Shown here one piece after another: positions 10,325 through 16,867 of a DNA stretch of 64,000 nt; within the stretch, counting starts at the first letter, position 1, and each line of letters starts with the position of its first letter. The DNA lies in the IMG/VR virus record IMGVR_UViG_3300020369_000001, positions 1 through 64,000 of that record; one strand, written 5' to 3'. The stretch is from a virus. Lineage: Duplodnaviria > Caudoviricetes. A program made the position numbers and the translations under genes. The notes under the pieces were generated by a model. That model searched no databases and was not told the DNA's origin. It saw only the letters and a list, made by a program, of their open reading frames with translations.

Positions 10325-10354
10325 TCCGATCTACCCATGTCGTCTTGACGCCAC

Positions 10355-10383
10355 ACTCACCCCACACTCTGGGGTGAGTTTTT
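10355..10383 (+). terminator. Rho-independent terminator
   Basis: Perfect 10-bp stem ACTCACCCCA/TGGGGTGAGT followed by a T-run. Confidence 0.85.
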
Positions 10384-10464
10384 AATTATAGCTGTCACTT
10401 GATACTCTCTAATATATACTACTCTTTAGATCAAACTTACTAATAGTTATATTGGATTAATATT

Positions 10465-10797
10465 ATGTCTAATGAGTCATTAGAGGTGCAACTGGCAAGA
10501 CTAGATGAACGCAATAAAATGATTCTTATGAACATGGAAAATAGTCAACGTGATTCCAAAGAAGCACGAGAACATTTAAGGGAAGCCTTTGAATCTATTC
10601 GTTCTATTGATTCTAGATTGGAGAGATTAGAAGGCAGCTTTGCTACAACACAGCCTACAATTAATGAGTTCCGATCAGTAAAACAGAAGATAATTGGGGC
10701 AGGAATTTTAGGTAGGTGGGTATGGGTGGCTTTAACTGGTATCCTAGGATTACTCTATACAGTGCGTGAACATGTCATCGCATTTGTCACCAAATAA
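10465..10797 (+). CDS. Coiled-coil plus C-terminal TM protein (holin-like, N4-like-phage type)
   Basis: QLARLDER N-terminus and PTINEF..VKQKIIGAGILGRWVW C-terminus resemble the membrane protein found upstream of the portal gene in N4-like phages (recognised from memory). Confidence 0.55.
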   Translation: MSNESLEVQLARLDERNKMILMNMENSQRDSKEAREHLREAFESIRSIDSRLERLEGSFATTQPTINEFRSVKQKIIGAGILGRWVWVALTGILGLLYTVREHVIAFVTK

Positions 10798-10811
10798 TAT
10801 GAGTAGCATAT

Positions 10812-10958
10812 ATGAATGACGATAATGAAATTCCTACTTTTAATGCAGCCATGCCCCCAAAGCTCACTGACTGGGAAAAGGAACCAAGCCTAAGAGACTT
10901 CGCATACCCTAATCAAACACAAATAGTAAACATAACCTTAACAGGTGACTTCGCATAA
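10812..10958 (+). pseudogene. N-terminal stub of an N4-like portal protein gene
   Basis: Unlisted 48-codon ORF MNDDNEIPTFNAAMPPKLTDWEKEPSLRDF... The KLTDWxKEPSL motif is the start of Schitoviridae portals. The similarity ends at an 11-bp direct repeat GACTTCGCATA (10896-10906 and 10947-10957). Confidence 0.6.
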
Positions 10959-10982
10959 ACATTTTTTTAAAGGTGATTTAAC

Positions 10983-13151
10983 ATGACTAAGATTGAAAAA
11001 CCCTTAAACCTTACGAATACAATTTGGGCAGCAGGTGGGGAAGCTGTAGAACCCTCTAATTCAAAGAAACTCCAAGGGTGGGTTGCTGAAATCCCCCCTT
11101 TCCAATTTGAAAACTGGCTTCAAAACCGTAATGACCGTGCGCTTGCACATATCATCCAAATGGGTATCCCTGAATGGGATGCAAACACTGAATACCAAGC
11201 TAACCAATCTTATGTACAAGATGAAGATGGTGAGGTTTACCGTGCAACTGAGACACATACAGGTGTCAATCCTAAGTACGATACTGCAAACGTATGGGAA
11301 CAACCCTTCTCATTCGATGCTCTAAAAGAACTTGCCACAGAAGAATCTACAGGTGTTGTTCGTAAAGCTGCTCAACAAGATATTGACCAAGGTACTCCTG
11401 GTTCTATCTTTGCAGACCCTTCGCAGATTCGACAGCTTGTTGAGAATATTAATGCCTCTTGGATAACAGGTGGTGTTCTTTCAAGTGGTACGTTACCAGA
11501 TGCTACGGAATCTGATAAAGGCGCTGTGCGTAAAGCACGTCAATCAGACATTGATAATGGTACTGGTGATGATCGTTTCATCAGCCCTCGCCAGTTAAAA
11601 TCCGTAGCTGATGATATTAAATCAACAACTGCTGGTGTAGCTTTATCAGGCAATCCTGTGATTACAGCAGGTTCTTCTGAGAATTATCAAATCACTAACT
11701 TCTCATCTTTCGATACTTATGAAGTTTCTATTGAGTTTGATAATGGTGGTACTGGGAATGTCTCTATCACGGATGATCTAATTTCTGTAGATATTGATGC
11801 AGGTGCTACTGGCGGGGTCATTTTAACAGTCACTAAAGGGGGTGTTGCTTATGACTTCGAACTTGCTATCGGGTCTTCTCGAATTAACCGTCCATCTATT
11901 ATATTCCCTGTAAATGGTGCTACTAATATGCCTACAAATATCACGTTAGAATCTTCGAACTTCACAACCACACCAGCAGGCTTTGACACACACACTGCAA
12001 CTGATTGGCAAGTAGCTACTGACATCACGTTTAGTAATGTTATTGCAGAGTCTTTAAATGACACGACTAATCTTTTACAGTGGTCTGTAGATGCTGATTT
12101 ACAACCTAATACAACCTACTACGCAAGGGTTCGTTATTATGGCAATACATTAACAGTATCCTCTTGGTCACAAACAGCTTCTTTTGAGACTGCTGAGCGG
12201 CCTGCCACACCTACTATCACAAGCCCTTCGAATGGTGAGATTAATGTTGGAGAAACACCGACAATCACTACGAGTAACTTTTCAAGTCCTATTAGTGAAA
12301 CCCATCAAGCAACAGATTGGGAAATCCGTTTAGCTTCGAATGATTCTTTAGTATGGTCTTCGATGAACAACACTTCTAATCTTACTTCTATTACGGTTCC
12401 TTCAGGACAACTTGCTGAGTCTACTGAATACCGTATCCGTGTAAGACATATCGGTTCTCAGTTAGGAGCTTCTGCATGGGGTACTTCTACATTTACTACT
12501 GAAGCGCAGTTCTTTGTATTTGATCCAAGCAGTGCTGGTGAACCTTTTGGTGGTGGTTATTATGCAGGCGCTAATATCGTTGTAGGTGGTACTACTTATG
12601 CGTTGGTAGTTGCTCCTAAAGCGCAAGGTGGTGAAGCCGGTTCAACATTACCTTGGGAGTGGACTGTTGATCCAGATGTTCCAGGGGCAACCTCTACTAA
12701 TGATGGTGCAAGTAATACCGCAGCGATTGTAGCGGCAGGTGGTTCTTCTACAAGTGTTGCGGCGGGGTTTTGCAATAATCTTAGTATCAATGGTTACACT
12801 GATTGGCATTTGCCTAGTGCTGATGAACTTGAGATTTGTTATCGGTATTTGAAACCCACTACTCAGGCTAACTATGTAAATTCTAGTTATGGGCCTAATC
12901 CTGGTGGTAATGGTTCTAACCCTAATAGTGATCCTGTTGGTGGTGATTATACTTCTAGTAATCCTGCACAGACTTCTATTGCTATCTACCAATCTGGTGC
13001 GAGTGAGGCGTTTGTTGCTAATTACTACTGGACTTCAACGCAGCTCTCCGCTGGGGTCGCTTGGCGCCAGCGCTTCGACAATGGCGACCAGGGCACGTAC
13101 CTCAAGTCGGACTCGTACTACGTCCGCGCAGTTAGATGGGTCGAAGTGTAA
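10983..13151 (+). CDS. Tail fibre / receptor-binding protein with Ig/Fn3-like repeats and C-terminal Lcl (DUF1566, C-type-lectin fold) domain
   Basis: Baseplate-anchoring N-terminus (WAAGG..P..K..GW..EIPPFQFENWLQNR), EWDANTEY module, two ATE..G.VR repeats, two P.I.SP.NG...H.ATDW Ig-like repeats, and Lcl motifs GYTDWHLPSADEL and YWTSTQ..A..AW.Q.F.NG.Q....K...YVRAVR. Confidence 0.85.
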   Translation: MTKIEKPLNLTNTIWAAGGEAVEPSNSKKLQGWVAEIPPFQFENWLQNRNDRALAHIIQMGIPEWDANTEYQANQSYVQDEDGEVYRATETHTGVNPKYDTANVWEQPFSFDALKELATEESTGVVRKAAQQDIDQGTPGSIFADPSQIRQLVENINASWITGGVLSSGTLPDATESDKGAVRKARQSDIDNGTGDDRFISPRQLKSVADDIKSTTAGVALSGNPVITAGSSENYQITNFSSFDTYEVSIEFDNGGTGNVSITDDLISVDIDAGATGGVILTVTKGGVAYDFELAIGSSRINRPSIIFPVNGATNMPTNITLESSNFTTTPAGFDTHTATDWQVATDITFSNVIAESLNDTTNLLQWSVDADLQPNTTYYARVRYYGNTLTVSSWSQTASFETAERPATPTITSPSNGEINVGETPTITTSNFSSPISETHQATDWEIRLASNDSLVWSSMNNTSNLTSITVPSGQLAESTEYRIRVRHIGSQLGASAWGTSTFTTEAQFFVFDPSSAGEPFGGGYYAGANIVVGGTTYALVVAPKAQGGEAGSTLPWEWTVDPDVPGATSTNDGASNTAAIVAAGGSSTSVAAGFCNNLSINGYTDWHLPSADELEICYRYLKPTTQANYVNSSYGPNPGGNGSNPNSDPVGGDYTSSNPAQTSIAIYQSGASEAFVANYYWTSTQLSAGVAWRQRFDNGDQGTYLKSDSYYVRAVRWVEV
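13026..13133 (+). other. DGR-type variable region (VR) at the 3' end of the tail fibre gene
   Basis: Fixed codons (TGG, CAG, TTC, AAT GGC, CAG, AAG, GTC CGC GCA GTT) alternate with NNC codons (CTC, GTC, CGC, CGC, GAC, GAC, GGC, TAC, CTC, GAC, TAC) derivable from AAC by adenine-only mutation. G/C-ending codons are 30 of 35 at 13023-13127 versus 7 of 35 in the preceding stretch. Confidence 0.8.
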
Positions 13152-13164
13152 CGCAGCGAAGCGT
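13151..13164 (+). promoter_or_regulatory. Hairpin directly downstream of the VR (ACGC-AGCGAA-GCGT, containing the GCGAAGC mini-hairpin)
   Basis: Occupies the position of the post-IMH hairpin required for DGR target recognition. Confidence 0.5.
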
Positions 13165-13328
13165 AGTTGGAACGAAGTACCCATCCCTATAACCTAAACC
13201 TTGGTGGTCGCTGCCTCCGGGCAAGCACCATCTCTACTAATCATTGTTGAAGCCCTGAACTGAGTCTTGCTGTTGTAAGGTTTCCAGTATAAACTTTAAA
13301 GTACACCTTATGAGTAAAGGAGTTTTAA

Positions 13329-13874
13329 ATGTACTTTAAACCATTACCGCAACAGCAATTCCTACAAGAGTGCTTTGACTACAATGACAACACAGGCCAA
13401 CTTACTTGGAAAGAACGTCCAAGAACACACTTTAACACGAACAACGCGCATAAAAGGTTTAACAATACACTCTCCGGTAAAATCGTTGGGACTACGCATA
13501 AGGGGAGAATGATTGTAAGATTCACATCCCAAGGGAAAGCATTAAATTACCCAATAGGCAGACTGATCTTCAAACTTGTTACTGGCGAAGACCCTAAAGG
13601 TGTCATTGACCATATCGACGGCAACCCTTTCAACAACGCTTGGGACAACCTGCGTGACATAAGTATAGGTGATAATGTGGCAAATATGCATAGTGTTAAG
13701 CGTAAAGGTTTACAAGGTGTTTGTTATGATAAGTCTCGGGGGAAGTGGTTGGCTAACATTAGGATACGCGGTAAAAAGATTTACTTAGGTCGTTTTGAAA
13801 CCGAACAAGAAGCATATGACGTTTACATGCAAGCCAAACAAAAACGTCTGTCAGAAATTAAAGAAATCATTTAA
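13329..13874 (+). CDS. Free-standing HNH homing endonuclease with C-terminal AP2-like DNA-binding domain
   Basis: IDHIDGNPFNNAWDNLR HNH motif, plus GV...KSRGKW.A.I...GKKIYLGRF.TEQEA..Y AP2 motif. Confidence 0.9.
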   Translation: MYFKPLPQQQFLQECFDYNDNTGQLTWKERPRTHFNTNNAHKRFNNTLSGKIVGTTHKGRMIVRFTSQGKALNYPIGRLIFKLVTGEDPKGVIDHIDGNPFNNAWDNLRDISIGDNVANMHSVKRKGLQGVCYDKSRGKWLANIRIRGKKIYLGRFETEQEAYDVYMQAKQKRLSEIKEII

Positions 13875-13898
13875 AAACCAATCAGGAGTATCTACACT

Positions 13899-14513
13899 AT
13901 GAAATACATCCGTTACACATTAGTTGATAAGAAAACCAATAAACCTGTTTCACAAGAACCTGCAAAGAATGGCCCAAAACATCCTGACGGTGTTACCCCA
14001 ACATTCGATATTCAATCAACATTCTCAACAGGTGTTCCTACAATCTACGGTATTGCTGAAGATACTTTTGAACCCGCTGATTGGATGTTTGAACTCTCCG
14101 AAGAATCCTTCTACACCACCATGCGACAAGAATTTAAAACACGTGCTTCAGATCGTCGCAAGACTGTAGAGCGTGGTGGGTATTGGGTAACTCCTGAGAC
14201 TTTTGTAAGAACTGACGAAGGTTCCCAGAACCGTCTTGCACAGCTTGTGACAACCATTAATAACGATCCTGATCTTGTATCAGTAGACTTCGAAGTAACA
14301 CCAGGACAATGGACAACCTTTGATACAGCTACTGCATTAACGGTTGCAAAGACAGTATCAAGGCATGTCCAACGTTGCTTTAGCTGGTGTAAAGGTGTCC
14401 ATGAATCTTTAGATGCTGCAAATACTTTAGATCAAATGCAACCTATTGTCAACGATATTTCAAACTTTGTTGCTGACGATAACCCGCCTGTGCAGGCTAC
14501 ACAAGATGCTTGA
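13899..14513 (+). CDS. Tail fibre assembly-type protein (DUF4376-like)
   Basis: RRKTVERGG...VRTDEGSQNRL...HVQRCFSW pattern; follows the fibre gene. Confidence 0.6.
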   Translation: MKYIRYTLVDKKTNKPVSQEPAKNGPKHPDGVTPTFDIQSTFSTGVPTIYGIAEDTFEPADWMFELSEESFYTTMRQEFKTRASDRRKTVERGGYWVTPETFVRTDEGSQNRLAQLVTTINNDPDLVSVDFEVTPGQWTTFDTATALTVAKTVSRHVQRCFSWCKGVHESLDAANTLDQMQPIVNDISNFVADDNPPVQATQDA

Positions 14514-14667
14514 TTCATTGACTATTAAAGAATGGCAGCTTATCTACTTCTTAATCACAATGACTTTCACACTGTTTAACACACTCGTCTTGTTATCTTG
14601 TGTACGTGTTGTAGATAAACTGTTCCATGAGAGTGAGTTATTAAAACTTATTAAGAAACAAACATAA
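14506..14667 (+). CDS. Small single-TM membrane protein
   Basis: MLDSLTIKEWQLIYFLITMTFTLFNTLVLLSC hydrophobic stretch in the lysis region. Confidence 0.45.
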   Translation: MLDSLTIKEWQLIYFLITMTFTLFNTLVLLSCVRVVDKLFHESELLKLIKKQT

Positions 14668-14685
14668 GACTAAGGATTCTCAATT

Positions 14686-14985
14686 ATGCCACCAACAAGT
14701 GATATAGAAAGACGCTTAATGTCTTTGGAGGAAGAGGATAGGCGTCTTCGTGATGCTTTAGGAAAACTTGTGACGAATACGGAGGTGATGAATAACACCT
14801 TGCAAATCCTTACTGGTGACATTTCTCCAAGGATGGAGAACCTTGAAAAAGAAGTAAGAGGTATGCAGAACAGACAATCAACAAACACATTGATATTGGA
14901 TGTTGTTAAGTGGTTTGCAGCACTTATTGCAGGTTCTTCAGTAACAATGGCGATGGTTTATTTGTTTCAGAATGGAGGTTCTTGA
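14686..14985 (+). CDS. Coiled-coil plus C-terminal TM protein (holin/XhlA-like)
   Basis: Heptad N-terminus and hydrophobic C-terminus; directly upstream of the endolysin. Confidence 0.5.
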   Translation: MPPTSDIERRLMSLEEEDRRLRDALGKLVTNTEVMNNTLQILTGDISPRMENLEKEVRGMQNRQSTNTLILDVVKWFAALIAGSSVTMAMVYLFQNGGS

Positions 14986-15479
14986 TGAATTGGTTTGATG
15001 AAGTGATTAAAAGGAAACCTGATAAACGAATACCTGTAAAAGACCTTACACACTCTCAATCTGCTGTTGATATTATTAAGGAGTTTGAAGGTTATCGTTC
15101 AAAGGCGTATTTAGATGCAGTCGGGATTCCAACAATAGGGTATGGGTTCGTTAAAGGTGTTTCTCTTGGTGATACAATTACTAAAGAGGATGCTGTAAAG
15201 CGCCTTGAGGATGAAATTAGTGAACATACGGCAGCTATCCATCAACGTGTAAAAGTTCCTCTGTACCAGCATGAATACGATGCACTAGCTTCTTTTATAT
15301 TCAATGTTGGTAAAGGTGCATTTGCACGTTCAACACTCCTGAAGAAACTTAACCAAGGTGATTATAAAGGCGCTGCTGATGAATTGTTAAGATGGGATAA
15401 GGCAGGTGGGAAGTCTTTAAGAGGTCTTACTAGGAGACGTGAAGCAGAACGCAAGATGTTCCTTGGTGGTGATTTATGA
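14985..15479 (+). CDS. Endolysin, GH24 phage lysozyme
   Basis: IKEFEG...AYLDAVGIPTIGYG catalytic motif and GLTRRREAER end. ATG 14985 overlaps the upstream TGA. Confidence 0.93.
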   Translation: MNWFDEVIKRKPDKRIPVKDLTHSQSAVDIIKEFEGYRSKAYLDAVGIPTIGYGFVKGVSLGDTITKEDAVKRLEDEISEHTAAIHQRVKVPLYQHEYDALASFIFNVGKGAFARSTLLKKLNQGDYKGAADELLRWDKAGGKSLRGLTRRREAERKMFLGGDL

Positions 15480-15748
15480 TTAAGAAGGTATTACTCAGCA
15501 GCCTACTAACAATCACATTAACAGCCTGTACAGCAATCCAAACACCTTTTGACGAAGATTATACCTTTGGAGACACGTACAAATCTGTGTACACACTTCA
15601 ACAAACCTATTGCGCATCTACTGATCCTGCACAGCAAGCACTTTACAGGGGGCTTCTTAAACGCCTTTATGGTGACTACCCCTCCGAAGGTGTTTGCACA
15701 GATATTCTTGAGGTGTTGAATAGTTATGAAGAAGATAACCAAGGTTGA
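15476..15748 (+). CDS. Lipoprotein in the lysis cassette
   Basis: Signal peptide with lipobox LTAC. Confidence 0.65.
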   Translation: MIKKVLLSSLLTITLTACTAIQTPFDEDYTFGDTYKSVYTLQQTYCASTDPAQQALYRGLLKRLYGDYPSEGVCTDILEVLNSYEEDNQG

Positions 15749-16145
15749 TGACTTAACACTTTTAGTTACCACACCAGTACCTAGGGATTATCCTGCAAAG
15801 CACCTTGCTAAGAAATCTGACAAAGTAATGTTGGTTGAGGATTATGTTGTAAGGGTTACTTTTGAAGATGGCTCTACGATAATCATCAGAGTTCCTAAAC
15901 TGTATGTGACAGATGGTTCAAGTGTCCCTAGGTTCTTCCACAGGGTCTATCATCCTTTCATTACGGAAGCGCGATGGTCGAGCTGTGTACATGATTATAT
16001 CTACAGCGACCTTTACAAGTATTACTCAAAGGAATTTGCTGATGAACTTCTAAGGTTTATGATAAAGCGTGATGGTGGTCATTGGTTTATGCAGCAAGCT
16101 TTCCATAAGGCTGTCAGGCTTAATATCAAAGGAGGTGGTTGGTAA
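15726..16145 (+). CDS. DUF1353-family protein
   Basis: VPKLYVTDGSSVPR...VHDYIY...ADELL motif. Confidence 0.75.
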   Translation: MKKITKVDDLTLLVTTPVPRDYPAKHLAKKSDKVMLVEDYVVRVTFEDGSTIIIRVPKLYVTDGSSVPRFFHRVYHPFITEARWSSCVHDYIYSDLYKYYSKEFADELLRFMIKRDGGHWFMQQAFHKAVRLNIKGGGW

Positions 16146-16312
16146 TGCAATATAAACAGCGTATCAAGGATAACAGTGAAAGCATCTCTGTAAGCGCTTC
16201 TGTATTGGCTGTGTGGATCTTTACAACGTATACCAATACTAACCCACCAGCAGAAGTCATCGTTGCTTTAGGAACCCTTGTAGGGGCTTTTGCAGCCCGT
16301 TTGAAAGGATGA
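16145..16312 (+). CDS. Small two-TM holin-like protein (55 aa, not in ORF track)
   Basis: MQYKQRIKDNSESISVSASVLAVWIFTTY...PPAEVIVALGTLVGAFAARLKG; start overlaps the upstream stop. Confidence 0.55.
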   Translation: MQYKQRIKDNSESISVSASVLAVWIFTTYTNTNPPAEVIVALGTLVGAFAARLKG

Positions 16313-16328
16313 TACACATAGAAACAAG

Positions 16329-16380
16329 AAAGCCCCTATCAGGAACCTTTGTAAAGAGGAACTTGAACAGGGGCTTTTTA
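16329..16380. terminator. Bidirectional terminator between convergent operons
   Basis: AAAGCCCCT...AGGGGCTTTTT inverted repeat flanked by A/T runs. Confidence 0.7.
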
Positions 16381-16391
16381 TTACTCACTAC

Positions 16392-16652
16392 TTAATCAAA
16401 TAATTCGTCAGGGTCATGGTATTTATACTTCCTCAAAAGATCATCATAACCGCCTACGATTGATGAAGTCCCTTCGAGAGAAGAATCAACAATGAATGGG
16501 ACAGTCTTACGGTTCATTTCATGTTTAACAAAATGCAGAGCCTTATCATCTTGTGAAATGTCGATGTATTGGTGATTTAGATTCAAATTCTTAATGTATT
16601 CTAAGGCTAGTGTGCAGTATGGGCAGTTGGGTTTACCGTAAACGAATAGCAT
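16392..16652 (-). CDS. Glutaredoxin
   Basis: YGKPNCPYC active site and TVP motif; next to the nrd genes. Confidence 0.92.
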   Translation of the reverse strand: MLFVYGKPNCPYCTLALEYIKNLNLNHQYIDISQDDKALHFVKHEMNRKTVPFIVDSSLEGTSSIVGGYDDLLRKYKYHDPDELFD

Positions 16653-16835
16653 GTTTTAATTATTCTCCCCACACATTTTTAGGTTTCCATACGTCGCAAT
16701 ATGTCGTGAAGCACCCAAGATTACAAATGTCTTCCAAATAGAATTAAAAGTTTGCAGAGCTTGTGAGTGGTTGATGGTGTAGTTTTGGATTTCTTTGTCT
16801 AATTGCATGTTAAGTCTCCGTCTGATTGTTGGTTG

Positions 16836-16862
16836 TTTAAAAGCCCCCCAAAGAGGGCGCTT
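16836..16862 (-). terminator. Terminator after nrdA
   Basis: On the minus strand, AGCGCCCTC-TTTG-GGGGGCT followed by TTTT. Confidence 0.6.
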
Positions 16863-16867
16863 GTTAG

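Noticed and set aside
694-13197. Antisense or alternate-frame ORFs over structural genes (e.g. 694-1023, 4058-4258, 8280-8594, 12596-12790, 12648-12992, 12889-13197)
   Set aside because: Shadow frames of strongly biased coding sequence. They have no RBS and low-complexity translations.
13200-13300. Possible self-cleaving ribozyme (CTGAACTGA resembles hammerhead CUGAUGA)
   Set aside because: No GAAA core or correctly placed stems follow, and no twister, pistol or HDV consensus was recognisable.
13631-13643. CAACAACGCTTGG inside the HNH gene matches part of the predicted DGR template (AAC AAC GCT TGG)
   Set aside because: The match does not extend on either side and simply encodes the HNH motif F-N-N-A-W. 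It is not a template repeat.
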